A stretch of DNA of 43,905 bases, taken from positions 1 through 43,905 of the forward strand of contig JBFGJH010000022.1 of the NCBI GenBank assembly GCA_041577335.1, read 5' to 3'. The stretch comes from Acidimicrobiia bacterium. GTDB lineage: Bacteria > Actinomycetota > Acidimicrobiia > Spongiisociales > JAENVV01. This document shows, piece after piece, positions 8,475-18,126 of this stretch. How positions within the stretch are numbered: position 1 is the first letter of the stretch; the number at the start of each line of letters is the position of its first letter. The position numbers and the translations under genes were made by a program. The notes below the pieces were generated by a model. That model was not told the DNA's origin. It saw only the letters and a program-made list of their open reading frames with translations, and ran no database searches.

Positions 8475-10181
8475 TCATTCAATAGTTGAGTTCGTCACCT
8501 GGATCGGACCGTTGCCGAGATAGAAGATGCCTGGGAATCCTGAGGTTTCGAAGCCGTCGCTCGGGTTGCCGCTGAGAACCGACTCGTCGATGACGAGGTG
8601 GCCGCTCAAATCGTTGCTCACGAAGAAGATGGCGCCACCGCCTTCGTTGGCGTGGTTCTCCTCGATGAGCGTTCCTGCCACGGTCAGGGTGAACGTGTTT
8701 CCGTCGTTGTAGATGGCACCTCCGCTCCCCCCTCCCGGAGTGCCCGATTGGGCCGGGTTGGCGCCGTTGCCAATGGCATCGTTGTGGCTGAAGAGGCTGT
8801 TCAGCACCGTGTACGAAACCCCGATGCTGCTGAGAGCCCCACCGTTGGAGCAGATGTTGCCGAGGTCGGCCGCCCCGCCGAATGTGCTGTTGACGACGTA
8901 CACGGGCTGGTCGTTGTACTGGTCGAACGTCCGGACGGCGCCGCCCCCGACGTCGGGACCGGTGTCGTCGCACTCGTTGTTGAAGAACCGGGAGTTCACG
9001 ATCTTGAGGCGTCCGCCCCTCGAGAAGATGGCCCCCCCGCCGTCGGGATCCTCGCCACGGGCGTCACCGTCGATGAACGTCAGATTCTGGACGGTGAGCA
9101 GTGGATGATCTTGATCATTGCAGTGGGGCGTCGTCCAGATCTGGATGGGGTCGCAGGTGTTCATGTACAAGATCCGATGGTTCCCGCCCCCGCTCAGCGA
9201 GACGAGGCCTCCCCCGTCGATGACGATCTCGGGACCTGTGTTGTTGAAGACCTTGGCCGTTTCCTCCATTTCGATGGTCACGGGATCGGGCCCGCAATCG
9301 AAGACGATGACACCACCGGCAGCGACTGCATCGACAACCGCCTGCGAGGTACAGCTCGCCGCCGAACCCGAGCCGACGACATGGTCGGGGCTAGACACAT
9401 CTTCGGCGGCCGCTTCGGCCGGGACCGGGTAGCTGCCTGCCGGGTTGCCTGCCGGTGGTAATACCGGCGGTGGTGGCTGAATGGGGGTGAGACCCAGCGC
9501 CCGGGTCAGAAAGGTTGCCATCTGCCCACGGCTGACGAGATCGCCCGGACAGAACTCGTCGTTGTCGGGCGGGTTGCAGCCCACGGTGATCTCGGCGGTG
9601 GCCAGCTTCTCGATGTCCGACTCGAATGTCGATCCGTTGTCGTCGACGAACCGGTCGACTCCTCCATCATCGGTGAGATCCAACGCTCGCACCAAGAAGG
9701 CAGCCATCTGGCCACGAGTCACCGGCTGGCCGGGGCAATACTGATCGTTGACCGGCGGGTTGCAGCCGAGGGTGATCTCCGCTGCGGCCAGACGGGCGAT
9801 GTCGCCCTCGAACACGCTGTTGTCGTCATCGATGAAGAAGTTGCCTCCCCCGTCGTCGACGAGGTCGAGCGCCCGGACCAGGAAGGCCGCCATCTGGCCA
9901 CGGCTCACCGGGTCGGCCGGACAGAACTCGTCGTTGTCCGGAGGATTGCAACCAACGGTGATTCCCTCGGCGGCCACGGCCTCGATGTTGGCTTCGTGCA
10001 CCGACCCGTTGTCGTCCACAAACGTGCCCCCAGGATCGGTGGGACCGCCCAATGCAGGCAGGGCGAGCGCAGTCACCATCACAAACACGACAAAGGCAAG
10101 CAGCGGTCTCAAAGCACGGGCACCGTACCACCCGTCCCGTCGTGCGTCAGTCACCCATACTGCGCCAACCGCAGCGAACAA
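8475..10181 (-). CDS. Secreted surface protein: three SLH-like repeats, Pro linker, beta-helix (pectin lyase/Pmp-like) domain
   Basis: 3x F.DD..S.FE.DI..LA...IT.GCNPP.ND..CP...V.RGQMA.FL.RAL; repeated GGA(I/L/V) and FxxN motifs in the C-terminal part; N-terminal hydrophobic signal. Start codon uncertain. Confidence 0.85.
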   Translation of the reverse strand: MFAAVGAVWVTDARRDGWYGARALRPLLAFVVFVMVTALALPALGGPTDPGGTFVDDNGSVHEANIEAVAAEGITVGCNPPDNDEFCPADPVSRGQMAAFLVRALDLVDDGGGNFFIDDDNSVFEGDIARLAAAEITLGCNPPVNDQYCPGQPVTRGQMAAFLVRALDLTDDGGVDRFVDDNGSTFESDIEKLATAEITVGCNPPDNDEFCPGDLVSRGQMATFLTRALGLTPIQPPPPVLPPAGNPAGSYPVPAEAAAEDVSSPDHVVGSGSAASCTSQAVVDAVAAGGVIVFDCGPDPVTIEMEETAKVFNNTGPEIVIDGGGLVSLSGGGNHRILYMNTCDPIQIWTTPHCNDQDHPLLTVQNLTFIDGDARGEDPDGGGAIFSRGGRLKIVNSRFFNNECDDTGPDVGGGAVRTFDQYNDQPVYVVNSTFGGAADLGNICSNGGALSSIGVSYTVLNSLFSHNDAIGNGANPAQSGTPGGGSGGAIYNDGNTFTLTVAGTLIEENHANEGGGAIFFVSNDLSGHLVIDESVLSGNPSDGFETSGFPGIFYLGNGPIQVTNSTIE

Positions 10182-10253
10182 ATTCGCGCACGGGCCGGCT
10201 AGGAGTTGGGTAAGTGCGTAGTTTCGTCAACAGGCGGACCGAGGAGGGTCACC

Positions 10254-10565
10254 ATGGACATCGGGTACAGCAGCTGGGAACGGCGCGACAGCGCCGATCG
10301 GAACGAACTGGGCTTGGCCGCCCTCGCCTACTGCCGAGCGATGAAAGGCGTAGACGGCGTCGGGGACGCTCGGTTCTACTGGCCCGGCATCGATACCCTG
10401 GCGATCCTCGTTCACGTGGAGTCGAGCGGAGTCCTCTACCGCCCGCCTTCGCCGGCGCTGGCCAAAGCGACCTTCGCCTTGGCGGATCTCGCTCTCCAGA
10501 CGACCAACCAGGTCTGGCTCGATGCCCCCGCTGGAGCGATGTTGTACGAGGCCTCTCAGCAGTAA
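10254..10565 (+). CDS. Hypothetical protein (103 aa)
   Basis: ATG at 10254 preceded by GAGGAGG; protein-like composition; no family recognised. Confidence 0.7.
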   Translation: MDIGYSSWERRDSADRNELGLAALAYCRAMKGVDGVGDARFYWPGIDTLAILVHVESSGVLYRPPSPALAKATFALADLALQTTNQVWLDAPAGAMLYEASQQ

Positions 10566-10774
10566 CAGCCGACCCCGACTGGGGTGCCACCACGCGTTTG
10601 GGTTCCGGGAATCGGCCGGCCGCATCCCGCTGTCACGATCGCAGCCCTTCGCCCATTGCTCTGTCTCACCCGGCACCGTGAGGCGGGGCTGGTGCTGTTC
10701 GTCGGTCGGCTGACCGACCTCACCCAGTGGTGGGCCGGGCGCTCTACCAAGTCCGGTTATACTTCCCGCCTCCC

Positions 10775-10847
<73 letters not shown>

Positions 10848-11062
10848 CTACCCAGTTGTTGGGCCGGCTTTGGGTCCGCTCTGCTTTCTTCAATGCGATT
10901 GCAGGCAACCGCACGACGCCAGGTCGGCTCACGGTTCTCACCGTTGTGACGGCTCGGCGGTGCCGCGGTGGGTGTGGGCGTCGTCTTCTCTTTCTCCCGC
11001 ACTCGGGCCGGTTGTGACCTCCCCGTCTTGATGGAAGCGAGAGGCTCCGGCATCATCGCTCC

Positions 11063-11761
11063 ATGAGCGGCACCGACTTCACTGGGTCCTCGCCCGAGCC
11101 CGAACCGGCCGATGGTCCGAGCCGCGTCCTAGACGACGACCCGCGCTTCTCCGTAGAACATCGCCTGCGTAGAGCGGCCAGCTCGCCGGCTCACGGAGAG
11201 TCGGCACCCGAAGCGCCCGGGTACCGGAAGCAGCTGATTCGGGACTTGGTGATCCTCGTCTTCGTCGCTCTCCTCGGCTTGGCGATTGCCCCCTTCGCAG
11301 ACGTGGCCAACGAGGACTACCCAGAGGCTCGCGCCATCGCAGATCGCATTCAGGCCACATGGAGGTCCATCGTCAGCGAGGGTGCGGACCCTGACGAGGC
11401 CGCTGCGTCCGCCGGTTTGCGCGTCTTCGTCTTCGAGGCAGCCGGGAGCCCACGGACGATCCTCACTCACCCTGAACCCACCGCTGCGGGCTCGTGCTAT
11501 GCCATCAGATTCGGTCCCGGGATCGTCACCGACGCTGGCATCCTCTTGGACACCGCTCCAGGATGCACGCCCCTACCGCCTGGCACATTCGAGCACCGCG
11601 GCTCTTGGTCGGAGGTGCTCCCAAGCGAACGAACCACTCCGGTGTGGTTTGTACCACTTGTGGTGCTGCTCTCCGGCGCGGGGCTGATCGCGGTGACAGG
11701 TATCCCTCTCGCCCTCCTAGCCAAGCTGCGGTCGCAGGCGTCACCAACGACCCAACGCTGA
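11063..11761 (+). CDS. Hypothetical membrane protein (two TM segments flanking a probable extracytoplasmic domain with two Cys)
   Basis: 232-aa ORF with hydrophobic stretches LVILVFVALLGLAIAPF and WFVPLVVLLSGAGLIAVTGIPLALL. Confidence 0.7.
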   Translation: MSGTDFTGSSPEPEPADGPSRVLDDDPRFSVEHRLRRAASSPAHGESAPEAPGYRKQLIRDLVILVFVALLGLAIAPFADVANEDYPEARAIADRIQATWRSIVSEGADPDEAAASAGLRVFVFEAAGSPRTILTHPEPTAAGSCYAIRFGPGIVTDAGILLDTAPGCTPLPPGTFEHRGSWSEVLPSERTTPVWFVPLVVLLSGAGLIAVTGIPLALLAKLRSQASPTTQR

Positions 11762-11970
11762 TCTCGAGTCGCACCGAGCTCGCCCGGCGCGGGCGAACTC
11801 GATTCCGGGAGTCTCGACCGCGGGGTCGTGTCGAGTGCCAGGGCGCCGCCGCCGCGAAGCGTGCCGCAGGCGGCTGATTCGATCTCCTAGCTCTCACAAA
11901 AAGGACGCAATCCCCTTGTCCACCGATGCTGGCTGCGGTACCAATACCTCAAGGTGATGCAGGAGGTGAC

Positions 11971-12474
11971 ATGTCAAAGATCTCCACTGCACAGAAAGTC
12001 GTCATGGCCCTCGCCGGAGTCACCATTGTGGCGTTCTTTCTGGAATGGGCCTCCCATTCGTTCTTCGTAGACGGTGAAACCGGTTTCGACTTGGCCACCA
12101 CTACGGAAAGCGCCGCATCCGGAAAGAACCTCGCCATTCTCTTCGTGACACCGCTCGCAGCTGCTGCGATCATCGCAATCGGCTACTACTCGGAGAGCTT
12201 CGGGACGCGGCGGCGGTGGGTTCTCCTTGGCCAGATGGCGTTGGGGTTCGTTGCGCTCATCGTTCCGCTGCTCGTCGTACCCGACGAACTCCAGTACTGG
12301 ACCGGCGGCGAGGCGGGAATCGCCTATGGCCTCTGGGTGACGGCGACAACGTTGGCCGTGGCGGTGATGGTTGCCTTGGTTGATTTGATCAAAGTGGTGA
12401 CGAGCGAACCGACCGAATCGCAGCAAGTTGAGCTTCTCACCAGCTCAGGGGCGAGTACGGACTCGGCCACGTGA
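11971..12474 (+). CDS. Hypothetical membrane protein (about 4 TM)
   Basis: ATG at 11971 with AGGAGG RBS; four hydrophobic segments; FFLEW and G.AYGLW motifs. Confidence 0.8.
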   Translation: MSKISTAQKVVMALAGVTIVAFFLEWASHSFFVDGETGFDLATTTESAASGKNLAILFVTPLAAAAIIAIGYYSESFGTRRRWVLLGQMALGFVALIVPLLVVPDELQYWTGGEAGIAYGLWVTATTLAVAVMVALVDLIKVVTSEPTESQQVELLTSSGASTDSAT

Positions 12475-12494
12475 GCCATGCTTCGAGTTGAGGC

Positions 12495-12860
12495 TCAGGC
12501 CTCTTGGCGGACCGGCTCCCAGTCGACTTGGGGGGCGTCGGCCCATAGGCGTTCCAGGTCATAGAACGCCCGTGTGTCGGCTTGGAAGACGTGCAGCACA
12601 ACATCGCCATAGTCGAGGAGCACCCACTGGGATTCGGTGATGCCCTCGACTCGCAGTGGATCGCGATCTGAGCGGTCTTTGAGCTGCTCGTCGACTTCGT
12701 CGGCGAGCGTCCTCACATGACGGTTCGATGTGCCGGTGACGATGACGAAGACCTCGGTGATCTGGAGAAGCTCGGCCACGTCGAGGAGGGCGATTTCGAT
12801 TCCCTTTTTGTCATCCAGGATGTCGGCGATGAGGCGGGCGGTCTCGTGACTTTCCTGAAT
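12495..12860 (-). CDS. rsfS: Ribosome silencing factor RsfS, proposed ATT start
   Basis: DKKG.EI..LDV, FVIVTGTSNRHV, WVLLDYGDVVLHVF, RAFYDLERLW. The conserved N-terminus extends upstream of GTG 12779 to ATT 12860, which has a GGGAG RBS. Confidence 0.9.
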   Translation of the reverse strand: MQESHETARLIADILDDKKGIEIALLDVAELLQITEVFVIVTGTSNRHVRTLADEVDEQLKDRSDRDPLRVEGITESQWVLLDYGDVVLHVFQADTRAFYDLERLWADAPQVDWEPVRQEA

Positions 12861-12863
12861 GAG

Positions 12864-14102
12864 CTAGCTCCCGTTTTGGACGATATCGTTGCCAACGATG
12901 ATAGTGACATCGAATACGGCAGAAGGCTGGCGCACCTCCAAGACCACTTCGCCGAATCCGATGAGTCGCTGCAGGGCCAGGGCGATTTGTTCGTTGTCCC
13001 GTCCATGGGCGATCACTTGGGTCGCCGCGAAGTCGGTGCGGTCGGCGTTGTCGGTCTTGAGGACGCGGTATCCCTCCGCCACCAGCCGTTCGGCGACCGG
13101 TTGGGTCACTCCCACGCCACCGTTGCCGTTGAGGAGCTCGATCACGGGCCGAGGCTCAGCCGCAATCTGGAGGTAGGGGAAAGCGCTCTCCACGAACGCC
13201 TGGGTGCCTGCCGTGTCGAAAATCACCTGGGAGCCCGCCCCGGCCACGGCTTCGGCGGTCGTGACCGGCAGGGCCGCCACGATGCGCTCGGGGTCTTGGG
13301 ATACCCCTGCGACCGCCAGTCTCGCCGACTCCGACCGCCCCGCAATCAGCCCGTCGAGAAGTTGGTTGTCGGCGGCGACGGCGTCGACGATCGCCTCCCA
13401 CACCCTGCCCTGTCGCAGCAAGAGTGCCGACTCCGGCTCCGTGCCCGGATCGGTGAGCAAGGCATGGATGAGTTGCGGCGTCCTGGGCTCAGCTCCGGCA
13501 GCCGCTGCGACCCGCTGAACGTCGCCCTCCTGAACGAGGAATGGGCTGGGAAGGTCCACCTCCAGTGGACCTGCAATAGCCCCTCTGAGCCCGCTCTCGT
13601 CGAGCACGAGCACATCGTCGATGCGGATCCCCAGCAGATTGGTCACGCTCATCGCAACCAGATCATCGTTGCCGATCCGGAGAGCGTCGGCGAGCTGATG
13701 CTCCCCGAATCCAGGCTGGATCGTCAAGAGCGACGGAGGGAAAAGGAGAATCCGGTCCCGCTCGGTCGGATGGCTCGAGAACAAAGCCGTGGACGCGGCC
13801 CGGCCGTCGGCGTCGGTCACGACGAGTAATGCCGAGACACCGCTCGATTCTTCGATGTCGACTGCTGCGGGGGGCTCCCCATCGGCGGGCCGGTCGATGA
13901 AGGTATAACCAACGGCGGCGCCGAGAACACCGAAGCCGACAATTGCTCCCGCGACGATCCGCCGGCGCCTCTGGCGACGCCGGTCATTCCGTGCCTGCCG
14001 GTTGAGTTCGCGGGCGGTTGGAGCCTCGCCTGGTTGGGCGACAACACGGGGAGCGCGTCGAGGCACCTTGGGTTTCTTGTGGCGTGGACCTTGGTCAGCC
14101 AT
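12864..14102 (-). CDS. LCP-like / LytR C-terminal domain membrane protein
   Basis: Basic N-terminus, one TM segment, degenerate LCP-like region, C-terminal IELLNGNGGVG...DNAD...DVTIIVGND (LytR_C). ATG at 14102 overlaps the nadD stop. Confidence 0.8.
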   Translation of the reverse strand: MADQGPRHKKPKVPRRAPRVVAQPGEAPTARELNRQARNDRRRQRRRRIVAGAIVGFGVLGAAVGYTFIDRPADGEPPAAVDIEESSGVSALLVVTDADGRAASTALFSSHPTERDRILLFPPSLLTIQPGFGEHQLADALRIGNDDLVAMSVTNLLGIRIDDVLVLDESGLRGAIAGPLEVDLPSPFLVQEGDVQRVAAAAGAEPRTPQLIHALLTDPGTEPESALLLRQGRVWEAIVDAVAADNQLLDGLIAGRSESARLAVAGVSQDPERIVAALPVTTAEAVAGAGSQVIFDTAGTQAFVESAFPYLQIAAEPRPVIELLNGNGGVGVTQPVAERLVAEGYRVLKTDNADRTDFAATQVIAHGRDNEQIALALQRLIGFGEVVLEVRQPSAVFDVTIIVGNDIVQNGS

Positions 14103-14658
14103 ATAGGTGACGCTCTTCTGCGTATGCGTATACGGACTCGGGAACCATAAACCGAACGGGGCGTTGTGCGCTCCAACGCTGCCTGATCTCCGTGCCCGAG
14201 ATGGCAAGCAGCGGCATATCGAGCATTTGGACATCGCCAACAACCGCCTCGACGACTTCGGCAGGGGTACCCGGCCGAGGAACAATGCCGAGCGTTACCC
14301 GCTCCAGCACCTCCTCGGCGGCGTTCCACGTCGGCAGACCGGCCGCGGCATCGGCCCCCAGGATCAAGTACAGATCATCCTCAGGGAAGGAAGCGAGGGT
14401 GTCGATGGTGTACGTCCAACCATCACGGGTCACCTCACGATCATCGGCCTCGAAGTAGTCGATTCCATCGACGGCACGCCTTGTCATCTCCCAGCGATGC
14501 TCCTGGTCGGTGATCGTCCGATCGCCCTTCTGCCACGGAGCTCCCGCAGGCAAGAAGGTCACGACGTCGAGTTCGAGCTGGCGATACGCCACCTCGCCCG
14601 CGATCAGGTGGGCCGTATGGATTGGATCGAACGTCCCGCCGAGCAGTCCTCTTCGCAC
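14095..14658 (-). CDS. nadD: Nicotinate-nucleotide adenylyltransferase
   Basis: GGTFDPIHTAH, TYTIDTL, ILGADA, ISGTEIR. Confidence 0.96.
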   Translation of the reverse strand: MRRGLLGGTFDPIHTAHLIAGEVAYRQLELDVVTFLPAGAPWQKGDRTITDQEHRWEMTRRAVDGIDYFEADDREVTRDGWTYTIDTLASFPEDDLYLILGADAAAGLPTWNAAEEVLERVTLGIVPRPGTPAEVVEAVVGDVQMLDMPLLAISGTEIRQRWSAQRPVRFMVPESVYAYAEERHLYG

Positions 14659-14680
14659 TACGACACTTTAGGCGGAGAGA

Positions 14681-15163
14681 TCACTCAGCCGGCACGAGGC
14701 GCAGAGCTGCCGGAATCGCGAACGCCGGACATCCGAGTAGCGTCGCCGGATCCACGTATGTCCCGTCGATTCGCGTGGAAAAATGCAGGCCCGGGGTAGC
14801 CAGTCCGTGAAGCAAGCCGGAGGTCCCGAGCGCCGAGCCCGTCGACACGGAAGCGCCTCGACCCACCCACGCCTCGGCCAGGTAGGAGTACGAGCTCTTC
14901 AGCCCTCCCCCATGGTCGACGGTGACTGTTCGATTGCCCGCAACGATTCCCGAGAATGACACCCGCCCGGCTCCCGCAGCGCGAACCACCTGACTGGACT
15001 CGGTGTCGTAGTCAATGCCCCAATGTCCGGAATATGTGCCGGTTGGCGCGAAGCCGGCTCCAGCGGGAGCTGTCACAGGAGCAGAAAGCCCAATGCACGC
15101 TGCACCGGCGGCGCTGACCGGGCTCAAAGCCAGTATCAAGAGCACTGCGGTTCGGACCATCAT
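14681..15163 (-). CDS. M23 family metallopeptidase, secreted
   Basis: HWGID motif, V.AAGAG.V, HGGGLKSSYSYL, GLHFS, YVDP; signal peptide after ATG 15163/15160 with GGAGG RBS. Confidence 0.85.
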   Translation of the reverse strand: MMVRTAVLLILALSPVSAAGAACIGLSAPVTAPAGAGFAPTGTYSGHWGIDYDTESSQVVRAAGAGRVSFSGIVAGNRTVTVDHGGGLKSSYSYLAEAWVGRGASVSTGSALGTSGLLHGLATPGLHFSTRIDGTYVDPATLLGCPAFAIPAALRLVPAE

Positions 15164-15243
15164 GACCTCCGGCCCGAAGCAACCCGGCCCCACCGTAACC
15201 CATCAGATGGGATCGAGGAAGAGGTGCGTGCGCCGGTCGGAAG

Positions 15244-15618
15244 TCAGTCGTACTTGTACAGCAGCCGCAAGACCTCCTGGCGGAAGTCGTTGGGCTGGAA
15301 AGGCTTGGTCACGAAAGCATCAGCGCCACCTTCATCGGCGCGTTTGCGCGACTCCTCCTCGGCATGGGCAGTCAAGACCAGCACCGGAAGACGTTGCGTG
15401 GCGGGATCCTTCCTGAGTTCGTCGAGCACCTGCCAGCCATCCATCTCGGGAAGGCCGATATCGAGGACGAGGAGATCGGGGTCTTCCGAACGGGCTGCGG
15501 CGAGGCCGGTTGGGCCGTCTTCGCGCATGAGAATCTCAACACTGGCAGGACGAAGGCACACCTCGATGAGGCGGCGAATAACGGCTGAGTCCTCAACGAC
15601 GAGCACCCGATAACCCAC
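15244..15618 (-). CDS. Single-domain response regulator (CheY-like receiver)
   Basis: VLVVED, LVLDIGLPEMDG, LTA, FVTKPF; GTG at 15618 with GGAAGGA RBS. Confidence 0.92.
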   Translation of the reverse strand: MGYRVLVVEDSAVIRRLIEVCLRPASVEILMREDGPTGLAAARSEDPDLLVLDIGLPEMDGWQVLDELRKDPATQRLPVLVLTAHAEEESRKRADEGGADAFVTKPFQPNDFRQEVLRLLYKYD

Positions 15619-15738
15619 AGTTGTTCCTTCCCGCCGCCTGAACAGCGTCGCTGGGCAACCTCCGAGAGTCGCCTCCGCTCGGTCATATCGTCGGAAGCAG
15701 CTCTTCTCTTGAGGTCCCGCCCAGAACGGCACCTGGCA

Positions 15739-17170
15739 TCAGGATAGCGACGGTCGCATTCCAATCGACGGCACTGCCACCGACTCGATGAATTCCTCGA
15801 GCTGACGGAGGTTTCGCACTTCCCTCACATCGGTGCAGGCACTTCGGTATTTGCTCATCACAGAATCGCCAGTATCCCAATAGGCCTTTGGTTCGGGATT
15901 GAGCCAATACACCGCCCGAGCCTCGGAGGCGATGGCGGCGAGAATCTCGGCTTGCGGGTCCCGGTAGTTGCTCCGGGCATCGCCGGTGACGATCACAACA
16001 GAGCGCGGGGTCAAGAAGCCGGCATATCGCGACCAGAACTGCTCAAACGACCGGCCGTAGTCGGAGTGGCCGTCCAGCCACACCACTTCGGCCTCGGTCG
16101 TGACCCGGTTGAGCGCCAACGAAAAATCGACGCCGGGCTCGAAGAAGGAGGTGACTTCGTCGAGAGCATCGATGAACGCGAACGACCGCAGCTTCGAGAA
16201 CTGGCTGGACATCGCGAATGTGAATTGGAGCGTGAACCTGGCAAACGTAGCCATCGAGCCAGAGATGTCGCAGAGCAGGAATATCTCGGGCTTGGACGGA
16301 TGGGCGGCCTTGAACTGCGGTTCGAGAGGAACACCGCCCATCGCCAAGCTGCGCCGCATGGTCTTCTTGAAGTCGAGTCGTCCATCCCGTTTGCGGCGCC
16401 GCCGGGCGAGCCGGGTCGCCATCTTCCGGGTGAGCGGCTGGATCACCTCGTCGAGAGCTATGAGATCGGCACGGGTGGCATGCATCAAATCCGTCTCTTC
16501 GATCAGCGGCTTCCGCAGCGTCTTGGCGACTGCTTCTCGCCCTCGATCGGCCACCAGGCGGCGCCGGATCTCCTGTTCGATCTCGTCCCGCAATTCGGTG
16601 ATCTGCGCCGCGAAGTCCTCTCGGATGAGTTGTTCTTCGAGGGCACTGAGCGCCCCCCCCTGCCTTGGCATCTTCGACGAGTCGTTCGAGAAGACCTTCC
16701 GTGTCGAGCTGTCGGAGCGTGCGATAGAGGTAGTAGGTACCGCCGACCGGGCGGCCCGCTTCCATCCCGGCCAGTCTCCGCACAGCTTGTTGGGCGAGCG
16801 ACCTCAGCATGGGAAGATTGTGCTCGGCCAACGCTTGCTGGAGCGCCGCCAGCAAGCTGTCGAGGTTGCCGTCTCCACCTCCGCCCCCCGCGTTGATTTG
16901 GTCGTCGGCGGACAGCGGCTCGAGGTCGGGCTCAGGCTCGCCGGGAGCAGGGCGTTGCAGGGCAAAGAAGACATCGAAAGCCGTCTCGAACGCGTCGTAA
17001 TGGCGGGCATTCTTCACCAGGGTCGCCCCGAGGGACGCCTTGAAGGCTTCCCGATCGGCGAGATCGGTATGGCGGAGCGCTTCCATGGCGTCGATCGTCT
17101 CGACCATCGAGACCGGTATGCCGGTGGCCCTGAGCTCCTGCACGAATCCGCCCAGCACGTCGACGAGCAT
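15739..17170 (-). pseudogene. VWA-domain CoxE-like protein, split by a frameshift at a G8 run (16653-16660)
   Basis: The N-terminal half is in the frame starting at 17170. The C-terminal half with CDISGSM (MIDAS), GHSDYG, GDARSNY and WLNPE is in the frame ending at 15739. Removing one G joins them (EDAKAGG-ALSALEEQL). Confidence 0.85.
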
Positions 17171-18033
17171 CAGTCCTCGCTGAAGTGGGCGGCTACTCGC
17201 TCGATGTCCGACTGGTACTTGAGCAGGACGTGGAGGGTGTCGGTGACAACGCCGCCGTCGATTTCTTCGATGCCGAGCGCCAGCAGCGTCCTCGCCCAGT
17301 CGAGCGTCTCCGATACCGAAGGTGGCTTCTTGAGGTCGTGGGACCGCACACTGCGAACCACGCTCGCCACCTGGTCGGCGAGATGCTCCCGCAAACCATC
17401 GACGCGCGCGAGGATGATCTCCTTCTCCCTGTCCACTTCCGGGTATCCGATGTGAAGGAAGAGACAGCGCCGTTTGAGCGCCTCCGACAACTCCCGGGTG
17501 TTGTTCGAGGTGAGCAGCACCAGCGGCTGCGAGCTCGCTGCCACGGTGCCAAGCTCTGGTATCGACACCTGGAACTCAGAGAGCACTTCCAGCAGCAGAG
17601 CTTCCGTTTCGATCTCTACCCGGTCGACTTCGTCGATCAAGAGCACCACCGGCTCTGGCGAACGAATCGCTTCGAGCAACGGCCGGGTCAACAGGAAGTC
17701 TTCGGAGAAGATGTCCGATTCCAGCTCGGTCCACTCAGTGCCTTCGTCGGCCTGAATTCTCAGCAGTTGTTTCTTGTAGTTCCACTCGTAGAGCGCTTTT
17801 GACTCATCCAGCCCTTCGTAGCATTGGAGGCGAATGAGCCGACGATCATGGACGGCGGCGAGCGATTTGGCGAGCTCGGTCTTACCGACGCCGGCCGGGC
17901 CTTCCACCAGGACGGGCTTGCCGAGGCGCTCGGCCAGGAACACCACCTGGCTGATCCGGTCGTCGGCCAGATAGTCAACGGACTTCAAAGCGTCCAAGAC
18001 CTCCGACGGGCTCGAAAAGGCGGCAACCGGCAT
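17170..18033 (-). CDS. MoxR family AAA+ ATPase (CoxD-like)
   Basis: EGPAGVGKTELA, RLQCYEGLD, LYEWNY, LLIDEVDR, LTSNNTRELSEALKRR; the stop overlaps the VWA start (TGATG). Confidence 0.93.
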   Translation of the reverse strand: MPVAAFSSPSEVLDALKSVDYLADDRISQVVFLAERLGKPVLVEGPAGVGKTELAKSLAAVHDRRLIRLQCYEGLDESKALYEWNYKKQLLRIQADEGTEWTELESDIFSEDFLLTRPLLEAIRSPEPVVLLIDEVDRVEIETEALLLEVLSEFQVSIPELGTVAASSQPLVLLTSNNTRELSEALKRRCLFLHIGYPEVDREKEIILARVDGLREHLADQVASVVRSVRSHDLKKPPSVSETLDWARTLLALGIEEIDGGVVTDTLHVLLKYQSDIERVAAHFSED

Positions 18034-18126
18034 CGCGGAGAGTGTAACGAGCAGATCGCGCAAGAAACTGAATGCGCCAGGGCGCGACTAACCTTTTCGG
18101 TTCGAAGACAGAGATCGGAAGAATCG

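Noticed and set aside
8128..8478. 117-aa N-terminal extension of the hydroxybutyryl-CoA dehydrogenase
   Set aside because: Low-complexity translation of the palindromic element; a strong RBS precedes ATG 8127 at the normal family start.
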